Part shown: one piece after another, positions 9,109 to 18,400 of the stretch | How positions within the stretch are numbered: position 1 is the stretch's first letter | Layout of the letters: every line of letters starts with the position of its first letter | Source: Candidatus Omnitrophota bacterium | Lineage (GTDB): Bacteria; Omnitrophota; Gorgyraeia; Gygaellales; Profunditerraquicolaceae | Length of the DNA stretch: 64,000 nt | NCBI GenBank assembly: GCA_042570405.1 | Contig: JBHPGR010000004.1 | Location: 4,474 to 68,473 of the forward strand | Direction: 5' to 3' | Made by a program: the position numbers and the translations under genes | The notes under the pieces: generated by a model | Told to the model about the DNA's origin: nothing | Database searches by the model: none | What the model saw: the letters and a program-made list of their open reading frames with translations, nothing else

Positions 9109-9843
9109 CTATTCAGCGCTCGCCTGCGCGACTACCGAAGGAGCCCTTCTGGCCAAAACTTTTCTGGAAAGATGGATTAGATAAACAGTGGCAGCGGTTA
9201 CAGCCGCTAATCCTATCAAAAGCGCGGCTTTCTCTACTACCGGATGCTTCATGCCATGCGCGGATAACTCTGTTATATAAGCATACCTTGCAACATATCC
9301 CAGATAAACACAAACCGCTGATAAAGGCAATCTTCCGATTACCGATGCTACCGTGAAATCCATGAACTTCATCCTGGTTATCCCACAGATATAATTAAGC
9401 AGCATGCTGTTGACCACGGGGACATTTCTTAGAATCAGCAGTATCTTCCAGCCGTCCTTTTCGATGATCTGATCGATCGCCTTTAACTTATCGTTTCGCT
9501 CGATCTTCCTGGTAATGCTCTCACGCAGCAGGTAGCGCGCCAGAAAAAACTTGATCGACGAAGAGACTGCCGAGCCGACAGTCACGATCATCATCCCCCA
9601 AAATATCCCGAATAATGTACCGGTAATAATATTCAGGATGACGGCCGGGATCACGACACCCGATATCAGGATATATATCAGGGTAAAAAACACCGGGGCC
9701 CAGAAACCAAGCCGCTCAACATACTGTAAGACTTGCGGGATGACCTCGCTTCCGCGCAAATACTTTCCGCTGATAAAAATTATGCCGACGATCAAAAGAA
9801 ATACTAGGGATTTGACTATTGCCTTTTTTTTAGAATTCTGCAT
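9109..9843 (-). CDS. TVP38/TMEM64 (DedA/SNARE-associated) family membrane protein
   Basis: Multi-TM protein with RYLLR...VPVVNSMLNYICG, typical of the family. I moved the start to the internal ATG (MQNSKKKAIV), which overlaps the upstream stop by 14 nt; the long N-terminal extension in the track has no support. Confidence 0.75.
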   Translation of the reverse strand: MQNSKKKAIVKSLVFLLIVGIIFISGKYLRGSEVIPQVLQYVERLGFWAPVFFTLIYILISGVVIPAVILNIITGTLFGIFWGMMIVTVGSAVSSSIKFFLARYLLRESITRKIERNDKLKAIDQIIEKDGWKILLILRNVPVVNSMLLNYICGITRMKFMDFTVASVIGRLPLSAVCVYLGYVARYAYITELSAHGMKHPVVEKAALLIGLAAVTAATVYLIHLSRKVLARRAPSVVAQASAE

Positions 9844-10672
9844 CCAATCCGCCTGATTCCGTATAGACGTCGAAGCCTTTTTTATGCTTGGACTCTGCAT
9901 ATTGCCTCTGTTTCCTCTGCAGATAGGCTTTGGCCAGTTCATAATCGCTTGCCTTGTCGACATCAACGCCCATCTCAGCATAGGGAGAAACGAAGACCTT
10001 AACCTTTGTCGATAATCTACTTGATAATTCGCTCTCGATCCCCGGAATATCTTTATCCTCGCAACCGATGTACTGGAGGATCTTCCCTGGCTCTTTGCGG
10101 TATTTACGTACTAAGCTTATCTCATTAAGTAGGCGCAACAATTTGGTAAAACTCTTTATGTAATAAATGACTGAGCCGGTATAGTGTTTTCCTGCCACGA
10201 GCATAAAACTACGGTTCTCCACCGGATGCCCGGCCCTGGAGATAGTCTCCTTTTGCACGTAATGCAGGGCGATCTCCGGATCGGATTCCGCTATATTCTT
10301 CAGCGTCGCGTCGATCACGCCGGTAGTCAAAAGAGCGGCATCGCAAAAAGAGACCACGTATCCGTTGTGATCACCGGCAAACCTGTATATCATTGCCTTG
10401 ATATAGAGGGCGGCAAAAAAGAGGTTCTGCGCAAATGAGTTTCGTTCAGACAGATGCTTGCGCGCCAGGCGTATCGAGTCAAGCTGGTTGAGCCCCTTTG
10501 GGCCGATTACAACGATATTATCGATGAATTTAGAACCGTGGAAGGCCTCTATTACCCGGGCAAGCATCGGCTTCCCCATGATCGGCAGGAAGGATTTCTT
10601 ATTAAACCCGTAATGCTGGCACCAGGCCTCCTCTTCCCCGCCGGCAAGGATGATAACGTTGTATTTCTTCAT
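9830..10672 (-). CDS. Nucleotidyltransferase (MobA-like NTP-transferase / GT-A fold) family protein
   Basis: MKKYNVIILAGGEEE... is the canonical N-terminal nucleotide-binding loop. I chose the start at 10672 (a TAATG junction with the upstream small ORF). Confidence 0.5.
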   Translation of the reverse strand: MKKYNVIILAGGEEEAWCQHYGFNKKSFLPIMGKPMLARVIEAFHGSKFIDNIVVIGPKGLNQLDSIRLARKHLSERNSFAQNLFFAALYIKAMIYRFAGDHNGYVVSFCDAALLTTGVIDATLKNIAESDPEIALHYVQKETISRAGHPVENRSFMLVAGKHYTGSVIYYIKSFTKLLRLLNEISLVRKYRKEPGKILQYIGCEDKDIPGIESELSSRLSTKVKVFVSPYAEMGVDVDKASDYELAKAYLQRKQRQYAESKHKKGFDVYTESGGLDAEF

Positions 10673-10806
10673 TATAGCCCTAGCATGCTCCATTGCCTTG
10701 CCTTTGACATTACGATAAAGGGGAGGTAGTGGTCCGGTCCGAAAAGCGTATGCAGAAAGCCGATACTCAAAGCCGTACCCGTCAAGATCACCATCTCCTT
10801 CGGCAT
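10672..10806 (-). pseudogene. 44-codon ORF resembling the N-terminus of a NicO/UreH-like metal transporter (possible gene remnant)
   Basis: Hand translation: MPKEMVILTGTALSIGFLHTLFGPDHYLPFIVMSKARQWSMLGL. The H-x4-PDH motif after a first TM helix is typical of that family, whose members are several-fold longer. Confidence 0.3.
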
Positions 10807-10822
10807 GATTCTTCCCCTGTTT

Positions 10823-12517
10823 TTATTGGCCTGATTCTAATAAATCCGCCTTTTTCTGCAGCTCAATGATCTTCGTAGAAATAGATTTATTAAAAGCCCT
10901 TCTTTCTATGAAACCGACAGTCCTGCCTTCTTTTGTCAGGACAGGCAAATATTCAATGCCCTGCCTGTCGAATATCTCCTTGACAGAAAAGAGCGGCGCT
11001 TCCGGGTTCACCGAGGCATGGGCCGGCTCCATCACGTCAACCGCCAAAAGCAAATTATCCAGGCCGGTCTCCATAAGAGTGTTTTTGATATTGTCGACTG
11101 TGATTATGCCTAAAAGCTGCTTCCGGGCATCCACTACCGGATAATATAGATTATTGCTCTGGCTGAATGTCTTTATGATCTTATCAAGATGCATATCGTT
11201 GTATATAAACGGGGGGTTTTGGTCCATGATCTCTTTTACCTGCATCTCCTGGAGCAGGTCTTCTTCGGTGATATTCAGGCCTAATTCCTGCGCCCTTGTT
11301 ACCGCGAACTTTGTAAAAGGAGGGCCGATGATCTGCAGTATAAAAGTAGTCGTAGTTATTACTACGACCAGGATATTTCCTAGTTCTCCTGGAAAGTACT
11401 GCGCTGCCAGTATGGAAAGGCCGATAGCTACTCCAGCCTGGCTAAAAAGGCTGAAAGGCAGATATCTCTGAACGCTCTTTGGCGCACCGCAGATGCGCGC
11501 CCCGAATAGCGAACCGGCGAACTTCCCGGCCATGGTGCCGAAAAGATAGATACCGATCAATATGAAGGTAGACGGCAGCATGTGGCGCAGGTTAAGCTTG
11601 GCGCCGATGAGCACAAAGAACAAAACATAGATCGGCGGAGTGAAAGCGCCGATCAATTTAAATACCTCTTTGCTCTTCTGGGTCATGTAATTGACTACGA
11701 CGATCCCCGCGGTCATGGTCACAAGCAGTAATTCCACGTTCAAAGCTAAAGAGATCCCTACGGCGATCAGGATACCTCCCAGGGAAAAAGCCAGCAATCT
11801 CTCTTTTTCCGAATACCGCTTAAGTATGGCGCTCAGTAGAAAACCTATTGCAGCTCCTACAATAAGCGAGCCAGTTATTTCAAGGACCGGGTGAATAAGG
11901 TTCTTTAAAATCCCGTGATTGGCCTTGCCGATTAGGACCCCGGCAACGCTGGAAGCGATAGCAAAAAGCATCAGCGCCAGGCCATCGTCCAGGGCAACGA
12001 TACCGGTTGCAGTTGTAGTCAGCGGCCCTTTAGTCCTATACTCCCTGAACACCTCGGTAGTGGTGGCAGGATCCGTAGCAGAGGCGATCGCCCCGAATAA
12101 CAGCCCCAACGACCAGGCAAGCCGCCAATCAAAAAAGAAGCTGCCGATGAATCCGGTCAATACGCTGACGAGCAAAAACGGCGTGACTCCCTCGCATAAA
12201 AGAATGGCCATAAACTGCCTGCCGTATTTTTTAAAAATACTTTTATGCAGCTCTCCCCCGACCATAAAGCCGATCAGCCCCAGGGCAAAATAATTAAAGG
12301 GCTGCAGCATCTGGATCACCTGCTGGTCTACAACCCTCAGCCCCGACTCTCCGATAAAAACCCCTATGGCGATATATCCGACGACTTGCGGGATCTTCAG
12401 CTTCTGGAAGAGGCGCCCGCCGACGGTACCGCCGAAAAGCGCTAAGCCCAAAAGCAAAAGCACGTTAAGATGCGGGATATGTACCCTGGTTAAAAAAACC
12501 CCTACTTGCTCGGTCAT
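10823..12517 (-). CDS. Cation:proton antiporter (CPA2-type Na+/H+ exchanger domain) with C-terminal CBS pair
   Basis: About 400 aa of TM helices are followed by two CBS-like repeats (VKEIMDQNPPFIY..., YYPVVDARKQLLGIITVDNI, YLPVLTKEGRTVGFIER). Confidence 0.8.
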   Translation of the reverse strand: MTEQVGVFLTRVHIPHLNVLLLLGLALFGGTVGGRLFQKLKIPQVVGYIAIGVFIGESGLRVVDQQVIQMLQPFNYFALGLIGFMVGGELHKSIFKKYGRQFMAILLCEGVTPFLLVSVLTGFIGSFFFDWRLAWSLGLLFGAIASATDPATTTEVFREYRTKGPLTTTATGIVALDDGLALMLFAIASSVAGVLIGKANHGILKNLIHPVLEITGSLIVGAAIGFLLSAILKRYSEKERLLAFSLGGILIAVGISLALNVELLLVTMTAGIVVVNYMTQKSKEVFKLIGAFTPPIYVLFFVLIGAKLNLRHMLPSTFILIGIYLFGTMAGKFAGSLFGARICGAPKSVQRYLPFSLFSQAGVAIGLSILAAQYFPGELGNILVVVITTTTFILQIIGPPFTKFAVTRAQELGLNITEEDLLQEMQVKEIMDQNPPFIYNDMHLDKIIKTFSQSNNLYYPVVDARKQLLGIITVDNIKNTLMETGLDNLLLAVDVMEPAHASVNPEAPLFSVKEIFDRQGIEYLPVLTKEGRTVGFIERRAFNKSISTKIIELQKKADLLESGQ

Positions 12518-12536
12518 TTTTCTAAGATGCTTTCGG

Positions 12537-13016
12537 TTATTTACCCTTTAATCCCTTTTTTAAACCCTGACCGCGCTGCTTTGCGTTTTCAATTCCTGTC
12601 TGCTTTGCCGCCTTTTCAACCTTTTCCTTTCTTTCTCTGACCTCTTCTCTGGCCCTTTGCTTAGCCCTTTCGGCTTTCTTCTCTGCTTTCTCCGCCTCTT
12701 TCTCTGCCAGGGCCTTTGCTTTCTCGGCCTCTTTCTCCGCTTTGACCTTTCCTTTTTCTTTCTGCGCCTTCTTCGCTTCTTGCTCTGCGCGCTTTGCTGC
12801 TCTGGACGCCTTACGCTCTTCCAAAGTCTTGGCTTTTTCCTCTCCGGACTTTCCTACCGTGGCAAACCAGTCAGAGACACGGTTGAATACCGCATTCTCA
12901 CTTGCATGCTCATAGCCTTGAGCGCTTGCTCCCTTCTTGTCCTTTGGCGCAGCAAATACCGAAGAACAAATCATCAAAAAAGAAAATGCTAACAATAAAA
13001 TGGTGAATCTTTTCAT
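12537..13016 (-). CDS. Secreted K/E/A-rich low-complexity protein
   Basis: Start moved to MKRFTILLLAFSFLMICSSVFA (a signal peptide) preceded by AAAGGAGGG. The mature part is dominated by KAEKEAEKAK-type repeats. Confidence 0.5.
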   Translation of the reverse strand: MKRFTILLLAFSFLMICSSVFAAPKDKKGASAQGYEHASENAVFNRVSDWFATVGKSGEEKAKTLEERKASRAAKRAEQEAKKAQKEKGKVKAEKEAEKAKALAEKEAEKAEKKAERAKQRAREEVRERKEKVEKAAKQTGIENAKQRGQGLKKGLKGK

Positions 13017-13062
13017 CCCTGCCCTCCTTTCAAGGTTATCTTTAAAAAATATTAAACCGCTA

Positions 13063-13674
13063 TTACCTGCTGAAGTGTTTTTTAATGTATTCGTTAAGAA
13101 GTAGATTGGCGTCATCCTTACACTGCCCGCACACCGTGCTGACCTTAGTCTTCTCCTGAAGCTCGATGAAGGTGCGCGCCCCGTCTAAAACCGCATGCTC
13201 GATCTCATGGTCGGTTACGTTCATGCACTGGCAGACTATGCGTACCTTCTCCTTTTTGATCTTATCCTGCATCCCGTTGCGGGTATAATAATCGTTTATT
13301 GCTGCGCGCAAGGCTTTATCACCTAACACCGAACAATGGATCTTGTGCTCCGGCAGGCCGCCAAGTTCTTTAGCCAGGTCCTTCGGAGAAAGATGATAGG
13401 CATCCTCCACCTTCATACCCTTGACCATCTCAGAGAGTATCGATGTGCTGGCGATGGCACTTGCACAACCATAGGTCTTCCATTTGCAGTCGCTGATTGT
13501 GCCCTTCTCCCTATCGACCTTGATCACAACGATCATCTCATCCCCGCATTTTATGTTGCCGACCACACCTTTACCGTCATGCGGGAAACCATCTATATCA
13601 TCAAGCACGTTGCGCGGATGGATGAAATGTTCCTTTAATTTATCTGAATAAACCCAGCGACCTTTAGTATCCAT
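13063..13674 (-). CDS. nifU: NifU-type Fe-S cluster scaffold (IscU-like N-domain plus BFD-like [2Fe-2S] domain)
   Basis: GNIKCGDEM...YGCASAIASTS carries the three scaffold Cys. CQCMNVTDHEIEHAV...CGQCKDD is the BFD-like domain. Confidence 0.8.
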   Translation of the reverse strand: MDTKGRWVYSDKLKEHFIHPRNVLDDIDGFPHDGKGVVGNIKCGDEMIVVIKVDREKGTISDCKWKTYGCASAIASTSILSEMVKGMKVEDAYHLSPKDLAKELGGLPEHKIHCSVLGDKALRAAINDYYTRNGMQDKIKKEKVRIVCQCMNVTDHEIEHAVLDGARTFIELQEKTKVSTVCGQCKDDANLLLNEYIKKHFSR

Positions 13675-14862
13675 TTATTTTGCCTTTTCTACGTAGGCCG
13701 AGGACATCCCCCGCAGCCTCTTCATCACCTTGGCAAGCGCCTTTACGGTGTATTTTACATCTACGAAAGTATTATCGCGTCCTAAGCTCATGCGTATCGA
13801 ACCATGTGCTTCCTCTGCCGGCAGGCCTGTAGCAAGCAGCACATGCGAAGGGTCAAGTGAACCTGAGGCGCAGGCAGAGCCGGTTGAAACCGCGATCCCC
13901 TCCAGGTCAAGATACAATAAAATAGCTTCACCTTCGGCTCCCCGGAAAGAAACATTCAGTGTCCCGGCCAGGCAATCTGTGGGATGGCCGTTAAATCTGA
14001 TGTCAGGAATATTCTCCTCTATGCCCTCCCGCAGCGCCGCCTTAAGCTTGAGCAGGCGCTTCTCTTCAGCCTTCATCTCCTTGGCGCGCATCTCGATCGC
14101 CTTACCCAGTCCGGTTATTCCGATCGTGTTCTCCGTCCCGGCGCGCCTGCCCCTCTCCTGATGCCCGCCGCGGATAAAAGGGCAAAAGGGCGTCCCTTTC
14201 TTGACATACAATGCGCCGATACCCTTAGGGCCGTAGATCTTATGCCCTGAAAGCGAAAGAAAATCTATGCCCAGATCCTTTACATCTACCGGGATCTTGC
14301 CGACCCCCTGGACAGCATCAGTATGAAACAACCCGCCGCGCTCATGCACAATCGCCGAGATCTTCTTAATATCCTGTGTCGTACCGATCTCGTTATTCGC
14401 CATCATCACCGATACAAGGCTGGACTTCTTCATCGGCATCTCTTTTAACTGGTCAAGTTTTAACTTACCGTACCGGTCTACATCAAGATAGCTGACGTTG
14501 ATACCCCTGTCCGTGAGGCATTTGGAAGTCTCCATAATGCAGGGATGCTCTATCTTGGTAGTGATCACATCCGCCCCGCCGCACTTATGCCCGCACTTCG
14601 TTGAATCGCATTGAAGGACATTGAGCACGGCATTATTCGCCTCAGAGCCGCTGCCGACAAAAATGATCTCTTCGGGGGATGCGCCGATAAATGATGCCAC
14701 CCTCTCCCGCGCCTCCTCCACCATCTGTTTCGCCCGCCTGCCAAAATCATGCAGGCTCGATGGGTTGCCAAACTCCTCCATAGCCGCAGATATCGCCTTC
14801 TTTACCTGCGGATGAAGCGGCGTGGTCGCGTTATGGTCTAAATATATGTGTTTCTTTGCCAT
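13675..14862 (-). CDS. nifS: Cysteine desulfurase NifS (class V aminotransferase)
   Basis: SLSGHKIYGPKGIGALYV is the PLP-Lys motif and STGSACASG is the active-site Cys loop. Confidence 0.85.
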   Translation of the reverse strand: MAKKHIYLDHNATTPLHPQVKKAISAAMEEFGNPSSLHDFGRRAKQMVEEARERVASFIGASPEEIIFVGSGSEANNAVLNVLQCDSTKCGHKCGGADVITTKIEHPCIMETSKCLTDRGINVSYLDVDRYGKLKLDQLKEMPMKKSSLVSVMMANNEIGTTQDIKKISAIVHERGGLFHTDAVQGVGKIPVDVKDLGIDFLSLSGHKIYGPKGIGALYVKKGTPFCPFIRGGHQERGRRAGTENTIGITGLGKAIEMRAKEMKAEEKRLLKLKAALREGIEENIPDIRFNGHPTDCLAGTLNVSFRGAEGEAILLYLDLEGIAVSTGSACASGSLDPSHVLLATGLPAEEAHGSIRMSLGRDNTFVDVKYTVKALAKVMKRLRGMSSAYVEKAK

Positions 14863-14888
14863 AAATATCTCCTGATTACTAGAATATA

Positions 14889-14897
14889 ATTATACCA
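14889..14897 (-). promoter_or_regulatory. Extended -10 promoter candidate (TGgTATAAT) for nifS-nifU
   Basis: The reverse strand reads TGGTATAAT about 27 nt upstream of the nifS ATG and its AGGAG SD. Confidence 0.4.
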
Positions 14898-14904
14898 CTG
14901 AAAT

Positions 14905-14928
14905 CAAAAAAATAAACCCCTTACGGGG
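14905..14928 (-). terminator. Weak intrinsic terminator candidate after the pilus operon
   Basis: The reverse strand reads GCCCCGTAAGGGGTTTATTTTTTTG: a short GC stem followed by a T-run, downstream of the 15035 stop. Confidence 0.35.
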
Positions 14929-15034
14929 CTTCTCTTATCAGGCTTAGGCACTTTCCCGATTGGCGCCAGAAACGTTTATACTTTTCCGCCGTAGGCGGAT
15001 CCGCCTTCGGCTCAGGAGTGAGAAACGCTTTGGA

Positions 15035-15481
15035 TTATTGCTTGAGGATTAAGTTATCCTTGCCGTCGTTTAAGATCACTTTATTCTGCTGTATTTCTAC
15101 TACGCTGTAACCTCCGATTTGATCTCCGACGCCGACTATGCGGGCATTGATCAACGCCTGCGGGTTTAATTCATCCCAAACTATGCCGCTAAGTTTTAGA
15201 TCTAAAGAGTCTGTTTCGCTGGCATAGATCTTGCCTGAGAACGGACAGCGCATCCAGTTGAGGCCTTTCACTTCCTGCTCAGCGGCTTTTACGGTATCGA
15301 CAGCGCTTACTGCAAGAGATCCCTCAACAGCACCCACAGGAACTGATACCGCTGCTGATGGTTGCGGCGCCGGCCGGGCCCTTCTTCTGATCATGCCGAT
15401 CGTCCTGGCCCAGGCAAGGATAAAAATCACTCCCAGGACCGAAGTTATGAGTATCTCAATACGCTTCTTATCCATATTCAT
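15035..15481 (-). CDS. PilP/GspC-like pilus assembly protein (membrane-anchored)
   Basis: It has an N-terminal TM anchor, then a Pro/Ala linker. The C-terminal ALINARIVGVGDQIGGYSVVEIQQNKVILNDG resembles the PilP/GspC beta-domain, and the gene sits directly after pilO. Confidence 0.4.
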   Translation of the reverse strand: MNMDKKRIEILITSVLGVIFILAWARTIGMIRRRARPAPQPSAAVSVPVGAVEGSLAVSAVDTVKAAEQEVKGLNWMRCPFSGKIYASETDSLDLKLSGIVWDELNPQALINARIVGVGDQIGGYSVVEIQQNKVILNDGKDNLILKQ

Positions 15482-15483
15482 CT

Positions 15484-16035
15484 TTAGTCGGCCAGATATG
15501 CAGAAAGATCCAACAATGCCTCTAATCGGGGATGCCCCTTGCCCTTACCCTCAAGCTCAAGCTGCCTGACTCTGATCAACACCGGAAAATCATTTCTTAG
15601 CATCTCCAGATACTTTCCTAAATCACTGAACTCGCAGACCAGCTTCATCGATACCGGAAGCTCATATACCGTATATCCGGCGACCTGACTATCAAGCTTC
15701 TGCTTAGCAGAGGGAGTTATACCCCTGACGTTAATATTTAATTTTCTTGCCTCTTCAGATAAATACGATATCACATCTTCATCCTCTGACAATAAAGTCT
15801 GCGAAATCCGGTTAAACTCTATACTAAGATCCTTCAATGTTTCAGGAAGCTCTTTCCCGCGCATGATCGCATCAATCTCTGAGATCTCTGCCTCTGCAGA
15901 CTGCAGCTCGTTCTTTATCAAAAGCAGCCTCCTGTTCTGCGGGGTATAGACCACCACCCAGAAGATGATCAAAAAGGCAACCACCGTTACGCTGATATAA
16001 ATGATCTTCTTCTGCTCCTTAGTTATCTTTATCAT
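15484..16035 (-). CDS. pilO: PilO-like pilus assembly protein
   Basis: Single TM helix, coiled-coil and C-terminal alpha/beta domain. The gene lies after the PilM-N fusion with a 4-nt overlap. Confidence 0.55.
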   Translation of the reverse strand: MIKITKEQKKIIYISVTVVAFLIIFWVVVYTPQNRRLLLIKNELQSAEAEISEIDAIMRGKELPETLKDLSIEFNRISQTLLSEDEDVISYLSEEARKLNINVRGITPSAKQKLDSQVAGYTVYELPVSMKLVCEFSDLGKYLEMLRNDFPVLIRVRQLELEGKGKGHPRLEALLDLSAYLAD

Positions 16036-17753
16036 GGCAGCTTAAAGGTTATATTAAACTGGACGACATCAAGCGTCTCTTTACCGTCTCTCTCAACCGA
16101 GGAAATGTTAACATCGGTAAAATAACTTGACCTCTCCATCATCCTGATAAAGCCGGTCAATACCGCATCCGAGTTCTGCGACTCACTCCTGGTGTAGCCC
16201 TTGATCTTACCGCTCCTGGATCCAAGATCTAGCAAGAGGCCCCTGATAAAGAGACCTGCTGGGGCGATATTGCTTAACTTCTTAAACATCGCTCCCAAAG
16301 GAGATTCCTTCTTCCTAACCTGCGCGATAAAACTGTTTATCCCGTCTGCCTTTACCTTGACCTCCCTGACATTGCTTAATGATTCCAGATGGAAGAGTGT
16401 GCTATCTAAGCGTTTCTGATAAGCAGCGATCCCGCCCATGGCCAGAAGATAGGATACTACCAGAAGCAAAGAGACGATGATCGCGATCCAGCGCAGAGAA
16501 ACTTTCTCAAGCTGCTCAAACTTCTCTGTCCGGAATTCATGAGGCAGGAGGTTTATGCCCCTTTCATAACCGATTGCCAATCCTAAAGTAGAAACATATT
16601 CAGAAAAACTCTTCGCGTCAGTGCCTGCTGGCAACTGGATCTTATCCGGCAGCGTGATATTAGAAAACTCAAGTGACAGCTGCTGCTTCAGGAAGCCATC
16701 CAGGCCCGGGATCATCGATGCCAGCCCTCCGATAATGATCTTCCTCACCTGTCCTCCGGAAAATTGCGAATCATAATAGGCAAAGGAGCGTTTTATCTCG
16801 ACAGCCAAGCGCTCCAGGACAGGGCGCAGCATCGAGATGATCTGGGTAGAGCTGAGTTTATCCTTGTAGCCGACTCCCTCCTTCGGCACTCCAATATTAA
16901 AAAGGACCTCATCCGCCTCTTGCGGTGATAATTCGATCCTCCCCTTATCTGAAACAAGCACCCCCTTGAGGGATTCCCTTAATTTATCTACTGAGACCGG
17001 CAGTTCGCGGTAAAACTGCAAGTTACTCTCCTTAAAGATCGTAAAATAACAGATCTCTCCTTCCATGTGCAGAATACCCACCGGCGCCACCTTATCCTGC
17101 TGGGTGAGGTAGCGCTCCATTAAATTGGTGTAACCAAAGGGAAGAAGATTTACCGAGAGACAAGTCAAGCCAGCCTCTTTTAAAAGCAGGACCTGCCTGC
17201 TGACCTCCTCCTCCAGGGCAGCCACAGAGATGACATCCTGCTCCTTTGAGCCGTCTTCTTTAGTCGTCTTCTTGATCACCGCAAAATCGATCACCGCATG
17301 CGACAGGTCAAAAGAGGCCTCCTCCTTAAGCTGCCATTTAACCGCCTCCAGGAGCTCCTCCCTGGGCACGAGATGCATAGTCAACCTCTTGATCAACGCA
17401 GATTTAAGGGATGGCTTCAGGATGGCATTCTTGTGCTCGATCTTATTCTCCTGGATAAAACTGCGCAGGGCCGCTAAAACCGATTCCTCTTTTTTATCGG
17501 GGGGTAACTTGACTGTTTTTGCGGCAGTGACCTTGATCTCGCCATTGAGTTCAACGTTTACGAGCCTTAAGGATGATCCGATATCGACGATGATCAGTGC
17601 ATCCGCCTTCTTTGCGCCGAACTTAAAGGCATTAAGCTTCAGGGCGCTAAGCTTCAACTCCTTAGGGAACTTAAACTTAGCAAGCTTCTCCTTGGCGGTA
17701 TTAATTTTCTCTAATATGCTATGTGTATCCATTTTTCTAATTATATCATACAA
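16032..17753 (-). CDS. Fused PilM (actin-like ATPase fold) and PilN pilus assembly protein
   Basis: The N-terminal roughly 400 aa are PilM-like (IIVDIGSSLRLVNVE...). They are followed by INLLPHEFR plus a TM helix and a PilN-like periplasmic part in one 573-aa ORF. Confidence 0.7.
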   Translation of the reverse strand: MYDIIRKMDTHSILEKINTAKEKLAKFKFPKELKLSALKLNAFKFGAKKADALIIVDIGSSLRLVNVELNGEIKVTAAKTVKLPPDKKEESVLAALRSFIQENKIEHKNAILKPSLKSALIKRLTMHLVPREELLEAVKWQLKEEASFDLSHAVIDFAVIKKTTKEDGSKEQDVISVAALEEEVSRQVLLLKEAGLTCLSVNLLPFGYTNLMERYLTQQDKVAPVGILHMEGEICYFTIFKESNLQFYRELPVSVDKLRESLKGVLVSDKGRIELSPQEADEVLFNIGVPKEGVGYKDKLSSTQIISMLRPVLERLAVEIKRSFAYYDSQFSGGQVRKIIIGGLASMIPGLDGFLKQQLSLEFSNITLPDKIQLPAGTDAKSFSEYVSTLGLAIGYERGINLLPHEFRTEKFEQLEKVSLRWIAIIVSLLLVVSYLLAMGGIAAYQKRLDSTLFHLESLSNVREVKVKADGINSFIAQVRKKESPLGAMFKKLSNIAPAGLFIRGLLLDLGSRSGKIKGYTRSESQNSDAVLTGFIRMMERSSYFTDVNISSVERDGKETLDVVQFNITFKLP

Positions 17754-17788
17754 GAATAATTAACATATCTTTTTTATTCAACCTGCGG

Positions 17789-18400
17789 CTAAAAACCCTT
17801 GATCTCAACGCTTGAAGTGATATCAGTAAAACCCTCAAAATTAGAGAAGCTGCCCGTGCCGCTAGTGAAACTAATACCCAGGATCAGGCGCCGGATGGCG
17901 GTAAGCGGATCGACTCCCGGGGTCCAATCTGAATCATCGGCTCTTTTATAGGTAAAGATAACTGAAGCGGCGTCTTTACCATCGATAGTAATAGAAGACG
18001 GCATATAATAAGGAACCACTGACCCTGAGGACCAGCTCGACCCGCCGTCAGTGCTGGTGCTGCGGTAAATATGTTTATCTGTCGCATCCCAGCGGAATCT
18101 TACTGACAGCTGATTAGCTACGGCAGGATAACCGTAGGTATATGAATACTGCGTGGCATCAGCATCGAGCACCTGGCGGCTATACCTTGCCCCGCGCACG
18201 TTTTCATCCCCCTCGATGATTATGTTGGCAAGCTCCTGGGCAATCTTCTGGGTATCCAGCTTGCGCGGGCCGTACATAAAAAGCTGGGCAAAGTAAAGTA
18301 CAGTCCCTGATATAGTGGCGCCGATAATCGCCAGCACCAGGATCATAATGATCAACTCTATTAAGGTAGCGCCCTTCTTGTGATCAGCAGGATTTACCAT
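17789..18400 (-). CDS. Prepilin-type N-terminal cleavage/methylation domain protein (minor pseudopilin)
   Basis: KKGATLIELIIMILVLAIIG is a class III signal peptide. Confidence 0.65.
   Translation of the reverse strand: MVNPADHKKGATLIELIIMILVLAIIGATISGTVLYFAQLFMYGPRKLDTQKIAQELANIIIEGDENVRGARYSRQVLDADATQYSYTYGYPAVANQLSVRFRWDATDKHIYRSTSTDGGSSWSSGSVVPYYMPSSITIDGKDAASVIFTYKRADDSDWTPGVDPLTAIRRLILGISFTSGTGSFSNFEGFTDITSSVEIKGF

Noticed and set aside
9844-9981. N-terminal 46-aa extension of the DedA/TVP38 ORF, and similar long 5' extensions (12537-13115, 18394-19230, 19175-19984, 41362-42549, 44076-45056)
   Set aside because: The extensions overlap the upstream genes, lack SD sequences, or are translated repeat sequence. 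Internal ATGs give canonical signal peptides, prepilin leaders or lengths consistent with the paralogs.
14941-15034. Additional small hairpins (tccgcc-gta-ggcgga and others) downstream of the PilP-like gene as separate regulatory elements
   Set aside because: The stems are short (6 bp), have no U-tracts and have no evident partner motifs. That is not enough to call anything beyond the weak terminator already listed.
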